DNA from: Candidatus Omnitrophota bacterium
GTDB lineage: Bacteria; Omnitrophota; Gorgyraeia; JACQQV01
Assembly: GCA_016206785.1 (NCBI GenBank)
Contig: JACQQV010000046.1
Coordinates: 19,512-83,511 of the forward strand
Direction of reading: 5' to 3'
DNA: 64,000 nt
The position numbers were made by a program, and so were the translations under genes. Below, piece by piece: positions 53,866 to 63,585 of this stretch; positions within the stretch are counted from its first letter, which is position 1; each line of letters opens with the position of its first letter. The notes under the pieces were generated by a model. It saw only the letters and a program-made list of their open reading frames with translations, ran no database searches and was not told the origin of the DNA.

Positions 53866-54891
53866 TTAGACGCCAAATTTAATGTTTAAAACATCTCCCT
53901 CCTGAACGATATACTCCTTCCCTTCCAGACGGAGACGCCCCTTTTCGCGCAGGGTGTGGAGGGAGCCATGGGTGAAAAGTTCTTCACAGGAAAAGACCTC
54001 GGCCTTGATGAATCCCCTTGCCATATCGGTGTGGATTTTCCCTGCAGCATCCAGAACATTTTTCCCTTTTTGAAGGGACCAGGCTCTCGCCTCCTCCCCA
54101 ACCACCGTGAAAAAGGAAATGACATGAAAGGCCTGAAAGGCGGCGCGGAGAAAACTTTCCCTGGCGAGCTGTTCAATTCCGAGGTCTGTTATAAAACTTT
54201 TCCGCTCCGATTCCTCGAGTTCAAGGAGTTCTTTCTCAGTCTTTGCGCAAAACGCAATCCAAGGAAACCCAACTTTTGCAATGTCATCAAGGACAACACC
54301 TTTTTTTCCAATATCCCTTTCTGCAATGTTCACGATCAGTGAAAGAGGTTTTTTGGATAAAAATTCATAGGGCTTAAGCCATTTTTCTTCCTCCGGCGTA
54401 AAGGAAATTTTCCTGAGCGGTGTTTGTTTCTGAAGGGCGTCTTGACACTTCACAAGAACCGGATGTTCTTTTTCCCTTTCTTTCCTTCCCTTTTTCAAAT
54501 CTAATTCCAATTTCTGAAGAGTCGGTTCCAACACTTCTACATCTTTGAGTAGAAGTTCAGAGGAAATCGTTTGAAAATTCAGAATGGGTTTTGCGTCGGG
54601 GCTGTATGCGTTGAGGACAAGGGTAAATCCATCCGCTTCCCGTACCTGCGCAAAATTGAGTCCTTTATCAGGGGTGGCACAAAGCTGCGGGGAATCGAGG
54701 AGCTCTAGGTGGAGATACGTCTTCTTTCTGGAGTGAACGATATCCGCAAGGCGATCAAGCCGCTCGTCGAAAAAGGAAAGGGTTGCAATGGAACTTTTTT
54801 GATGGTCCGAAGGATGGGATTGAGGGCCAACGATGGCAAAAAAAGTGGTTGTCTTTCCGGATTGTGGAGGCCCGATGAGTGCGATTTTCAT
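53866..54891 (-). CDS. Divergent YchF/Obg-like NTPase with DUF933 (TGS) C-terminus
   Basis: GPPQSGKTT P-loop; C-terminal SFFT...ARAW...AAGKIHTDMARGFIKAEV...RLEGKEYIVQEGD. Confidence 0.85.
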   Translation of the reverse strand: MKIALIGPPQSGKTTTFFAIVGPQSHPSDHQKSSIATLSFFDERLDRLADIVHSRKKTYLHLELLDSPQLCATPDKGLNFAQVREADGFTLVLNAYSPDAKPILNFQTISSELLLKDVEVLEPTLQKLELDLKKGRKEREKEHPVLVKCQDALQKQTPLRKISFTPEEEKWLKPYEFLSKKPLSLIVNIAERDIGKKGVVLDDIAKVGFPWIAFCAKTEKELLELEESERKSFITDLGIEQLARESFLRAAFQAFHVISFFTVVGEEARAWSLQKGKNVLDAAGKIHTDMARGFIKAEVFSCEELFTHGSLHTLREKGRLRLEGKEYIVQEGDVLNIKFGV

Positions 54892-54949
54892 AAAGATATC
54901 TTAACACAAAGGAATTTTTTTGCTATGATGAATTGCCTATGGAGGAAAA

Positions 54950-55564
54950 ATGGCACTTTTGGTTTTAATCCGCCACGGACAATCCCAGTGGAATCTTGAA
55001 AACCGTTTCACCGGGTGGATCGATATTCCTCTCACCGACATAGGACGTGAGGAGGCCCGCAAGGGTGCTGAGAAAATCAAGGGGACGCGGTTTGCGAAAG
55101 CCTTCACGTCTGCCCTCATCCGCGCCCATCAAACGCTTGATATTGTCTTGGAGGTCATCGGACAAAAAAATATCCCGGTTGAAAAAGATCAGGCCCTCAA
55201 CGAACGGCATTACGGCGCACTTCAGGGTTTGAACAAAGACGAGATGAAGAAGAAATTCGGTGAGGAACAGGTGAAACTTTGGCGGCGGAGTTACGATGTC
55301 GCCCCACCGAACGGGGAAAGTTTAAAAGACACGGCGGCACGGACGCTTCCCTACTTTAAGGAAAAGATCCTGCCGGAAGTCAAGGCAGGCAAAAATATCC
55401 TCGTTTCAGCGCACGGAAACAGTCTCCGCTCCATTGTAATGGACCTCGATAAACTTACTGAAGAAGAGGTCGTGAATCTCGAAATTGCGACCGGCGCCCC
55501 CATCGTCTACGAAATCGATCCCTCCGGAAAAATTCTTAAGAAAACCGTTCACGCCCTTTCCTAA
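54950..55564 (+). CDS. gpmA: 2,3-bisphosphoglycerate-dependent phosphoglycerate mutase
   Basis: RHGQSQWNLENRFTGW, LNERHYGALQG, AHGNSLR. Confidence 0.96.
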   Translation: MALLVLIRHGQSQWNLENRFTGWIDIPLTDIGREEARKGAEKIKGTRFAKAFTSALIRAHQTLDIVLEVIGQKNIPVEKDQALNERHYGALQGLNKDEMKKKFGEEQVKLWRRSYDVAPPNGESLKDTAARTLPYFKEKILPEVKAGKNILVSAHGNSLRSIVMDLDKLTEEEVVNLEIATGAPIVYEIDPSGKILKKTVHALS

Positions 55565-55572
55565 CAATCAAT

Positions 55573-55681
55573 TGGTTTACTGTTTACGGTTTACAGTGTA
55601 CGGATCACAAGAGACAAGCGACAAGAGACATGTTGCCTGTTGCCCGTTGCTTGTGACACTGTATACCGTTCACCGTACACC
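55573..55681. repeat. Nested heptamer-repeat hairpin (family C inside GTTTACG-type repeats) between convergent gpmA and ogg
   Basis: GTTTACT GTTTACG GTTTACA GTGTACG [ACAAGAG ACAAGCG ACAAGAG ... TGTTGCC TGTTGCC CGTTGCT TGTGACA] ...CCGTTCA CCGTACA. Confidence 0.75.
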
Positions 55682-55682
55682 T

Positions 55683-56519
55683 CTATGTTTCCAAGTGTTT
55701 TCTCACATACGCGTACAGGTACTCCTGCGCGTAACCCGCAGCGCCTCTAAACTTCTTTCTCGCGAAGTGCTGCATTTTTCGAAACGTCCTGCGACGGCCA
55801 TGAAAATAGAGTTTCCTGAGGGCACGCTCGACCCAGACATCGATCGGGAACGCATCCATCCTTCCATAGGCAAAGAGAAGGACGCAGTCCGCCACCTTCT
55901 CTCCGACGCCGGGAAGGGTGAGCAAGGTTTTCTTCGCTTCCTCTGCCTTTATCCGATGGAGTTTCTCCAAGTCAAATTTTCCCTCTGCCACTTCCCTTGC
56001 CGTTTCCAAAAGATACCGGTCTCGGAATCCGGGCCGGATCGGACGAAGGTCTTTGGGTGTAAGGGATGCAAGTCGCTCCGCCGTCGGAAAGGTGTATTGG
56101 CCCAAGCCATTTACCCCGACCGGTGTCCCGAAACAGCCCGACAAGTTCTCTACAAGGGTGCTGATTCTTGAAACATTATTAAAGGAAGAGAAGATATAGG
56201 AGGCAAGGCATTCCCACGGGTCTTGACGAAGGATCCGAAGGCCCCAGAATTCCTTGATGGCAGGAGCAAGAACCGAATCGCCTTGAAGCGGTGTAAGGAT
56301 TTTTCGAAGATCCGAAGATAGGGAAAAATAATGAATCACTTCCTCTTCGGAGGCAGGTGGGTCACTTTCAACAGTGAGGGTGCTATCTTTCTGAGAGACT
56401 TTCCAAACCGAGTCCCCGACGACACCCACATATCCTTTCTCTTCCCGTCTCCAGCGGAACGCCTGGCCGCATTCAAGGGTATGTTGCAAGTTAAAATCGG
56501 TAACGTGGAGTCTTAACAT
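55683..56519 (-). CDS. 8-oxoguanine DNA glycosylase (OGG/HhH-GPD family)
   Basis: TLECGQAFRW, GLRILRQDPWE, LPGVGEKVADC, AFPIDVW, AGYAQEYL. Confidence 0.92.
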   Translation of the reverse strand: MLRLHVTDFNLQHTLECGQAFRWRREEKGYVGVVGDSVWKVSQKDSTLTVESDPPASEEEVIHYFSLSSDLRKILTPLQGDSVLAPAIKEFWGLRILRQDPWECLASYIFSSFNNVSRISTLVENLSGCFGTPVGVNGLGQYTFPTAERLASLTPKDLRPIRPGFRDRYLLETAREVAEGKFDLEKLHRIKAEEAKKTLLTLPGVGEKVADCVLLFAYGRMDAFPIDVWVERALRKLYFHGRRRTFRKMQHFARKKFRGAAGYAQEYLYAYVRKHLET

Positions 56520-56540
56520 ATTTTAACTGTGCCCACTCGT

Positions 56541-56673
56541 GGCCGAGGGGTGGCTCGGCGGAAGGGCTCCCATTCGGACGAGCGGAAGGGGAACCTCAGT
56601 TGCAGTCAGCCCCCACGGGGGGATGGGTGGAGCGAGGACGAATGGGAAGGAGCCGAGACAGGACCCCGAGGCC
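56541..56673 (+). repeat. ~125-bp structured dispersed repeat, copy 2
   Basis: Homologous to 43300-43424; intergenic between dcd and ogg. Confidence 0.85.
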
Positions 56674-56679
56674 AAGCGT

Positions 56680-57246
56680 TTAACCTTCAATTTTGGGAAG
56701 AGTAATCTCCTTCTGCGCCTGGTATCTTCCCTTTTTATCCTTGTAGGAAACTTCGCAGACTTCGTCCGCTTCGAAAAAAATCACCTGCCCGATGCCTTCA
56801 AAGGCATACACTTTTGCCGGAAGGGGGGTCGTGTTAAAGATCTGGAGTGTGGCATATCCTTCCCACTCCGGCTCAAAAGGGGTCACATTGATGAGGATCC
56901 CGCATCGGGCATAGCTCGATTTTCCGACGCAGAGGGTGAGAATATTTCTTGGAATCCGGAAATACTCAGCCGTCCTCCCAAGGACAAAAGAGTGTGGGGC
57001 GATCGTGCAGATCTCCCCTTTAAAATCGACGAAACAGGCCTGATCCAAATGCTTCGGGTCAACAAAGGTCGCCCGTGTCGGGTCAAACACTTTGAATTCA
57101 TCGGAGAGGGTGATGTCATAGCCATACGAAGAGAGGCCTGAAGAGATGACCCCTTGGGTGATCCGACGCTCCCCGAAAGGAGTGATCATCTGTTGCGTCT
57201 TGCACATCTTACGAATCCAGGCATCCGATTTAATGGACACGGTCAC
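56680..57246 (-). CDS. dcd: dCTP deaminase
   Basis: [38 protein letters not shown]. Confidence 0.95.
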   Translation of the reverse strand: MTVSIKSDAWIRKMCKTQQMITPFGERRITQGVISSGLSSYGYDITLSDEFKVFDPTRATFVDPKHLDQACFVDFKGEICTIAPHSFVLGRTAEYFRIPRNILTLCVGKSSYARCGILINVTPFEPEWEGYATLQIFNTTPLPAKVYAFEGIGQVIFFEADEVCEVSYKDKKGRYQAQKEITLPKIEG

Positions 57247-58865
57247 TCCTCAAGGATCAGTCTCCTTAAAAAAGGAAAAGGAAGGGATCCTTCTTTTAAA
57301 AGTCTTGTGTGAAACTCTCCGAGACGGAAATGCCGCCTGCGTCGGTATTCCTCCCGCAGTTTCAAAATCTCCTGCTTCCCGATCATGTAACTGGAAGGTT
57401 GCGTCGGCTCCAGGAGATACCGACGGATCTCTCGGACGGCAGAATCATGTGCCATCGAAACCTCCCGCTTCAGAAACGCCACCCCCTCCGCCGACGTCAT
57501 TCGTCCTGTATGCAGTTGTGAATCGAGGATCACACGGGAGGCCCGCCAGAGGTGGTTTTTCATGAGGAGAAGATACGTTTTGGAATCAGGGTCAAACCCC
57601 TCCTCCAGCATCATCTCTTCACAATAGAAGGCCCACCCCTCCGCCAATACATCATCCTGAAGAAATTTCCGAATGGGAGAAGGATGGGCATTTTGCCACA
57701 CAAACTGTAGATGATGTCCCGGATAGGCTTCGTGAATGACGGTAAGACGCACTTCCTGAACGGAATGTTCCCGCAAAAGGGCCTGAATCTTACGGGTACT
57801 GCCGAAAGGAGGGGTCACATAGAAGATTCCGCGGGGGTCTTTTTCCAATGGGGCCGGTGGAAGATACGCCGCATAAGGAATAATCGGCCGCTCGTAAATC
57901 GGGGTCTCTGTCAAAAGGAGTTTATCTTTTGCAGGAATCTGGGCGATCCCCTTTTCTTCGATGAAACGCTTCACCTTTCCTAAAACTTTCTGATATTCCT
58001 GGACAAGTTTTTTGGGATGCGGGAGATCAAGGTGGCTCTTGTAAAGGATGGCACGCCAGTCCTGCCTCGGATCGATCAGCCGAGCAACCATTCGGATCTT
58101 TTTCTTCGCCTTCTCCAGTTCCTCCTGGCCCATTTCCAAAAGGGTCTTTGCATTATAAGGAAGGAGATGAACTTCTCTCAGCATAAAATCGAAAAGCTCG
58201 CGACCGACGGCGCTGGACCCTTTTGCCTTTGGCAAAAGGGTCCGTTTCAAAAACTCGCCATATGCCTGAAGGGCCTTGAGGGTCTCTTTTTGACTTTCGG
58301 AAAGATCTTTTCGCAGCGAGGCGGGTAGTGCACTTTGATGAAGCGCAAGATCCTTAAAAAAAGTAATGGAACTTTCGGTAATTTCGTAGGCCGTCAAAAT
58401 AGAATCTCTCGGGCAGACCTTAAGGTTCCTTTGGGCCTGCTTCAAATAATGGGGGATTTTTCTCATCCGGAGCGCAAGATTTCTCAAACGCTCCTCCCGA
58501 GGAGCAAAGACGCCGATGGAAAGGAGGTAACAGGCATCTGTACAGCGGCTGACATAGGAGGCGGGATCGGTTTCCCAGTCTCTTTCCCGCTTCTCCAGTT
58601 CTAGACCTGCCCAGAGATCCTGACAGAGCGCCTGGTAGTCGATCCGGTCAATGGGCTTAAGTCTCGATGGACCGATCTCCTTTCTGAAGGCGGATAAGAA
58701 TTTTGTCTCTCCTTCCAGATACTCCTCAATCCCCTCTTTCGAGAAATCGCCCAAGAGGTCATCGTAAAGATGAAAGCCGTAGTGGGTCGCCTGCATCGGA
58801 CGGGCCCTGAAAAAGAATCGCTTGTATTCCCAGAAGAGTTTATAAAGTTTTTCTTTCTCGGTCAT
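57243..58865 (-). CDS. DUF885 family zinc metallopeptidase (no signal peptide seen)
   Basis: [31 protein letters not shown]...[10 protein letters not shown]. Confidence 0.9.
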   Translation of the reverse strand: MTEKEKLYKLFWEYKRFFFRARPMQATHYGFHLYDDLLGDFSKEGIEEYLEGETKFLSAFRKEIGPSRLKPIDRIDYQALCQDLWAGLELEKRERDWETDPASYVSRCTDACYLLSIGVFAPREERLRNLALRMRKIPHYLKQAQRNLKVCPRDSILTAYEITESSITFFKDLALHQSALPASLRKDLSESQKETLKALQAYGEFLKRTLLPKAKGSSAVGRELFDFMLREVHLLPYNAKTLLEMGQEELEKAKKKIRMVARLIDPRQDWRAILYKSHLDLPHPKKLVQEYQKVLGKVKRFIEEKGIAQIPAKDKLLLTETPIYERPIIPYAAYLPPAPLEKDPRGIFYVTPPFGSTRKIQALLREHSVQEVRLTVIHEAYPGHHLQFVWQNAHPSPIRKFLQDDVLAEGWAFYCEEMMLEEGFDPDSKTYLLLMKNHLWRASRVILDSQLHTGRMTSAEGVAFLKREVSMAHDSAVREIRRYLLEPTQPSSYMIGKQEILKLREEYRRRRHFRLGEFHTRLLKEGSLPFPFLRRLILEE

Positions 58866-58974
58866 CGCTCCTCCATCATACTACAAAGTTGCATTTTGAT
58901 GCAATCCCCTTTCTCTTTTTGGGTTCCGAAAAAATGGTGGACAGGAGGAGAGGAACTGGTTAAAATAATTGACC

Positions 58975-60369
58975 ATGGAGAAAATCCAAAAAGCAAACTG
59001 GCTCCACGAACTCCTTCTTACACTTCCTGCAGCGAGACAGCGAGAGCTCCTCCGTTCTGTCCGGAAGATTAGTCATAAGGAAAGAATCCTCTACGAAAAA
59101 CATCGCGGGGGCCATAAAGTCATTCCCCTTTTTGTTCGGCCACGCCTCCTTAAGCCTTTTCAGCTCCGGTACTGTCGAGGCATCATCCTAGAACTCCAAA
59201 AGGCGATCCAAATCATTTACAACCACTATTTCGAAGAGCCCCTTTTTCAAGAAATCCTCCCGTTTCCTGAAATTGAAAAAGAGCATTTCATCCGATTCTA
59301 CCAAGCCCAGGGCCGGGCGCAGACCGTCATGAGCCGTTGGGACGCCGTCTCCGATTATAGCGGAGCGAACTGGAAAAAGTATCTCCGTTTTGTGGAATGG
59401 AACGGGGTCGGGATCGGTGGCCTTTATTATGCCATTGCCGCACAGACCATCATGCAGAAAGCGCTCTTTCCTCTCCTTAAAGAACTGAAACCGAATTTTA
59501 GACTCGTTAAAATGGTAGATTCCCGAGAGCTTCTTTATCGACAGATCCTCCGTCACGCCAAAAAGGTAGGGATCCGTTTAAAACGGGTGGGCCTGGTGGA
59601 GGAGCTCCGCGAACTTGGAGGGCCGCTTGAATTCGAGGAGTTCCGGGATTATTTCAAGAAAAGGGGCCTGGATGCAGTTCTCTCAGACCCTCGCGATCTT
59701 TCCTTAAATAAAGGTAAGATCCTTGCCCGCGGAAAAGTCGTTGAGATGATCTACCGGGACTCTGAACTTGAAGAGATACTCGATATGGAGAAACATGGAG
59801 ACGACATGCGCGCCTTCAAGGAGGCCTTCCGGCGGAACGCCGTGCTTTCTTCTTTAATGGGAGAGTTCGATCATAAAAGTGCTTTGGAGGTTCTCACCCG
59901 CCCTGATCTTGCGCGATATTTTACGCCTCGGCAACGGAATATCTTCCGCTTTCATGCGGTCTGGACAAGACTTCTCCGTCCCATCTTTACGACTGGTCCT
60001 GATGGAAAAAGAATCGACCTCTACGCCTATGCCAGGCGTAAAAGAGAAACGTCGGTCATTAAACCAAACAGGGAATTTGGCGGTAAGGGCGTCACCTTCG
60101 GAAAGAATCTCTCACAGCGCGAATGGGAGCGATCTCTTGAAAAGGCGTTCCGTCATCCAAGTGGGTGGGTGATTCAGGAACAGGCTGAAAACCGGCAGAA
60201 AAAATTTATCACTTCAAGGAGGAGAAAACTTCAGGAAGAATCTTTGAACGTTGTGGATGGACACATTGTGACCCCTGACGGAATTTCCATTATCGGCCGG
60301 GGTTCCCGCCTCGAAGTTGTGAATGTCGCCCGCCAAGGGGGACTTGTTGCTACATTGGTGTATCGGTAG
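58975..60369 (+). CDS. Circularly permuted ATP-grasp / glutathionylspermidine-synthase-like amide ligase
   Basis: The ORF track labels it minus, but TTG ACC ATG GAG AAA (58969) and TAG (60367-60369) read on the PLUS strand. Motifs SRWDA, RFVEWNG, IYRD, DHKS, VIKPNREFGGKGV, WVIQE, VVNV. Confidence 0.8.
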   Translation: MEKIQKANWLHELLLTLPAARQRELLRSVRKISHKERILYEKHRGGHKVIPLFVRPRLLKPFQLRYCRGIILELQKAIQIIYNHYFEEPLFQEILPFPEIEKEHFIRFYQAQGRAQTVMSRWDAVSDYSGANWKKYLRFVEWNGVGIGGLYYAIAAQTIMQKALFPLLKELKPNFRLVKMVDSRELLYRQILRHAKKVGIRLKRVGLVEELRELGGPLEFEEFRDYFKKRGLDAVLSDPRDLSLNKGKILARGKVVEMIYRDSELEEILDMEKHGDDMRAFKEAFRRNAVLSSLMGEFDHKSALEVLTRPDLARYFTPRQRNIFRFHAVWTRLLRPIFTTGPDGKRIDLYAYARRKRETSVIKPNREFGGKGVTFGKNLSQREWERSLEKAFRHPSGWVIQEQAENRQKKFITSRRRKLQEESLNVVDGHIVTPDGISIIGRGSRLEVVNVARQGGLVATLVYR

Positions 60370-60371
60370 GA

Positions 60372-61505
60372 TCAGTCTTCTGGATACTCGGGGTACTCAA
60401 AGATCTCCCCTTTGTAATTCCGGAGGATGACTTTGCCGTCCCCCATACTGACCACGTAATTGGGACTGATGGGGATCTTCCCTCCCCCGCCCGGTCCATC
60501 AATCACGTAGGTCGGCACGGCATAGCCGGTTGTGTGTCCTCGAAGCCCCTCGATGATCTCGATCCCCTTCTGCACAGAGGTCCGCATGTGGGTCGTCCCT
60601 TTGACAAGATCGCACTGGTAGATGTAGTAAGGACGAACGCGAGCCATGAGGAGTTTGTGCATTAGTTCCTTCATGATAGGCAAGGAATCGTTGATGCCTC
60701 GCAGAAGTACCGTCTGGCTCCCCAATGGAATCCCTGCATCGACGAGCCGCTCGCAGGCGGCCTTCGATTCAGCGGTCACCTCTTTGGGATGGTTCACATG
60801 CACACTCATCCAGACAGGGTGGTATCTCCGGACCATCTCGCAGAACTCCGGTGTGATCCGCTGCGGCAGTGCAAACGGAAGCCGCGATCCAATTCGCAAA
60901 AACTCGATATGTTTAATCGAGCGGAGCCTCTTCAGCATGTATTCGATTTTAGCATCACTCAAGAGAAGAGGATCTCCGCCCGAAATCAGCACATCCCGCA
61001 CCACAGGCGTCTTTTCAAGATACTCACACGCACGATCAAAATCTTCCTGAATAAACAGATACTGTTTTTCCTCGCCGACCAAGCGGCTTCGGGTGCAATA
61101 GCGACAATAGACCGCACAGCGGTTTGTCACAATCATGAGCACCCGGTCAGGATAACGGTGGACAAGACCCGGCACCGGGGTATGGCTATCCTCTCCGCAA
61201 GGATCGGTCATCTCCAGAGGAGAGACGATTGACTCCCTGACGTTCGGGACAAACTGCTTCCGGATCGGACAGTTTGGATCCTGAGGGTCGATGAGTGTCG
61301 CGACATAAGGAGTAATCGCCATGGAGAGCTTATGCTTTGGAAGTTTCATCCCCTCTTCCTCATCGGGCGTCAGTTCAATCACTCTCGCTAACGCCTCTTT
61401 GGTTTTGAGGCTGTTCCGAAGTTGCCATTTCCAGTCGTTCCACTCCGCATCCGACACGTCTTTCCAAAGCGCGCGTGTGGTAGTACTACATGCCGCAATG
61501 GACAT
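60372..61505 (-). CDS. kamA: KamA-family radical SAM/PLP 2,3-aminomutase
   Basis: WNDWKWQ, HRYPDRVL, CAVYCRYCTR, SGGDPL, QTVLLRGIND, PGGGGKIP (PLP Lys). Substrate not established. Confidence 0.88.
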   Translation of the reverse strand: MSIAACSTTTRALWKDVSDAEWNDWKWQLRNSLKTKEALARVIELTPDEEEGMKLPKHKLSMAITPYVATLIDPQDPNCPIRKQFVPNVRESIVSPLEMTDPCGEDSHTPVPGLVHRYPDRVLMIVTNRCAVYCRYCTRSRLVGEEKQYLFIQEDFDRACEYLEKTPVVRDVLISGGDPLLLSDAKIEYMLKRLRSIKHIEFLRIGSRLPFALPQRITPEFCEMVRRYHPVWMSVHVNHPKEVTAESKAACERLVDAGIPLGSQTVLLRGINDSLPIMKELMHKLLMARVRPYYIYQCDLVKGTTHMRTSVQKGIEIIEGLRGHTTGYAVPTYVIDGPGGGGKIPISPNYVVSMGDGKVILRNYKGEIFEYPEYPED

Positions 61506-62544
61506 TCTCCCCCCTCCTTTTTGGGTTGCCTAATCTCGCCTCTTTGCGAGCAATTGCACATTCCAGAATCTTCCCAATGACTTCTGGGTATGATAAGCCG
61601 GCAGCGTCTGCCGAGCGGATGAACCCCGCATCCGATGAAATACAGGGATTCGGGTTCACCTCGATAATATAAGGGGTTCTTCCTTTAAGCCGAATGTCGA
61701 CCCGGGCATAGTCACGACAACCGAGAATCGTGCAAGCGGAGAGCGCCAACGAACGGAGCGTTTTTTCAAGAGAAACCGTCAGAAGGGCGGGACAGATCGG
61801 CGGCGTTTTGCGGTACTCCTCAGAAGATTCATCCCACTTGGAGGCGTAGGTGAGAATCTTGGGCTCCCCCTTCTTTGCGGCAGAGTGATCGATCTCCGAG
61901 ACAGGTAGAATCTGAGTCTCTTCACCGTTTCCGAGAAGGGAGATGTTGAATTCCCGGCCGTCGAGATACTCTTCCGCAATCACCGGTTGGCGGTATTCTT
62001 TGACGATCTTCTTGACTCTCCGATGAAGGGCTACTTCATCATGAACGACCGATCCCCTATCCAGCCCCAAGCTTCCATCTTCATGGAGAAGTTTGACGAT
62101 GAGAGGAAAATGGAGTCTTTTCGGCCTCCCGTTCGCCTCTTCCAACACGGCATGGGCCGGCGTGGGGAGGCCGTGGGCCGAGAGAAGTTCCTGCGCCTTC
62201 GCCTTGTCCAGACAGAGCCCAAGGGTCAGAGGATCTGATCCGGTATAGTCGATCCCTAAAAGTTCCAGAAAGGAAGCGACATACCCTTCATAGATCCCTT
62301 CTCCTTTAATATCTTCACAAAGATTGAAAATCACCTCTTCCCGGTGGCGGAGGAGGTCTTCGATAAATGCATCAAGCCGTTTATAGTTCATTTCGAGGCG
62401 ACGGGTCTTATACCCTTGCTCCAAGAGTGCCTTCTCTACCGCCTTCACCTCTACGACGATATCTTCCTGAGAAGGAAGGTACCTCCCCTTCTCAAAGGCG
62501 CTATTATCGTAAAGAATAGTGACGCGTTCTTGATACCTCATCAC
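61486..62544 (-). CDS. D-Ala-D-Ala-ligase-like ATP-grasp amide ligase (2)
   Basis: FNLCE, YTGSD, DKAK, EDGSLGL, EEYLDGREF, YARVDIR, EVNPNP; lacks the Ddl GGxSxE motif. Confidence 0.88.
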   Translation of the reverse strand: MMRYQERVTILYDNSAFEKGRYLPSQEDIVVEVKAVEKALLEQGYKTRRLEMNYKRLDAFIEDLLRHREEVIFNLCEDIKGEGIYEGYVASFLELLGIDYTGSDPLTLGLCLDKAKAQELLSAHGLPTPAHAVLEEANGRPKRLHFPLIVKLLHEDGSLGLDRGSVVHDEVALHRRVKKIVKEYRQPVIAEEYLDGREFNISLLGNGEETQILPVSEIDHSAAKKGEPKILTYASKWDESSEEYRKTPPICPALLTVSLEKTLRSLALSACTILGCRDYARVDIRLKGRTPYIIEVNPNPCISSDAGFIRSADAAGLSYPEVIGKILECAIARKEARLGNPKRRGENVHCGM

Positions 62545-63565
62545 TCAAACCCACCCGTTTACAGGCGATCGAAAGAACCTCCAGAATCAGTTCTTCATAC
62601 TTCATTCCTTGAGCCCGTGCCGCCTTTGGAAAACAGGAATTCTGCTCCGGATTCGGCAGAATCCCGGGAAGCGGATTCACTTCCAATACGTGCGGCTCCC
62701 CTTTTTCATCCAGTCGCATGTCGATGCGGCACCAATCCCTGCACTTCAAGACCTGAAAGGTCCTTTTGGCAAGATGAGACAGTTTTCGTTCAAGGGTATA
62801 AGGAATCTTTGCGGGACACTCAAAGATACGGAGAGGGGACTTCGGGGTATCCCACACCCACTTCGCTTCATAAGAATAGATCGGATGGGCTCCTCTTGGG
62901 AGTGTGTTCAAATTGATTTCGACAACCGGAAGGACTTCAAGAGAAGAGTCGTTCCCCAAGAGGGCGAGGGTAAATTCCCTGCCGGGAAGGAATTTTTCAA
63001 TAAGAGCGGGCTCTTGGTATCGTTCAAGGACAAACTTGACCTGCTTCCGGAGCTCCTGCGGCGTTTCTACAACCGCCTTGTCCAGAATCCCTTTGCTGGA
63101 ACCTTCCCAGAGCGGTTTGACAATAAGAGGAAAGGTGAGGCCGTTTAAATAGTAGTCGGTCTCTTCGCAGACCAGAAAATCGGGGGTTGCAATTCCGAAT
63201 TGGCGCAAGACCCGCTTGGTCCAAGCCTTGTCTAAGGCGACCGAGAGGGTTTCTGGACCGGAACCGGTATAAGGAATGCCGAGGGAGTCTAAGAGGGCTG
63301 GGATTTCTGCTTCGCGGAGAGGGCCAAAGCGTCCTTCCGCAATATTGAAGACGATGTCGGGTTCTTCCCTCCTGAACGCCTGAACCGACCGTTCATCCGC
63401 TTCGATCAGGACAACGTCATGGCGCTTCCGAAGGGCCGCGGCAATCGCTGTGATCGTCTCGGCGTCATCCCACTCTAAGTAGGTGTCTTCCGGAAGAGAA
63501 ACTCCCCTCCCGTTTCTGCCGCCCAGAAGGGGCCTTTTTTCGTTAAACGTTAACCCAACCTTCAT
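62504..63565 (-). CDS. D-Ala-D-Ala-ligase-like ATP-grasp amide ligase (1)
   Basis: FNIAEG, YTGSG, DKAWTK, EGSSKGI, EKFLPGREF, RIDMR, EVNPLPG; lacks the Ddl GGxSxE motif. Confidence 0.88.
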   Translation of the reverse strand: MKVGLTFNEKRPLLGGRNGRGVSLPEDTYLEWDDAETITAIAAALRKRHDVVLIEADERSVQAFRREEPDIVFNIAEGRFGPLREAEIPALLDSLGIPYTGSGPETLSVALDKAWTKRVLRQFGIATPDFLVCEETDYYLNGLTFPLIVKPLWEGSSKGILDKAVVETPQELRKQVKFVLERYQEPALIEKFLPGREFTLALLGNDSSLEVLPVVEINLNTLPRGAHPIYSYEAKWVWDTPKSPLRIFECPAKIPYTLERKLSHLAKRTFQVLKCRDWCRIDMRLDEKGEPHVLEVNPLPGILPNPEQNSCFPKAARAQGMKYEELILEVLSIACKRVGLSDEVSRTRHYSLR

Positions 63566-63585
63566 CGTCGCGTCACAGCTACTCT

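Noticed and set aside
4381-53876. N-terminal extensions in the ORF track (lolC/E 5613, uvrC 21749, rpsT 22887, holA 24554, leuS 32054, N-domain gene 43480, accA 44794, folC 50093, pabB 53876)
   Set aside because: They overlap neighbouring genes, a tRNA or repeats; family homology begins at downstream start codons.
60372-61505. KamA homolog as EpmB (EF-P beta-lysylation)
   Set aside because: No efp or epmA is nearby and the gene is coupled to ATP-grasp ligases. Not fully excluded.
61486-63565. Vancomycin-resistance van ligase cluster
   Set aside because: No vanH/X/Y/R/S-like genes, and the Ddl N-terminal substrate motif is absent.
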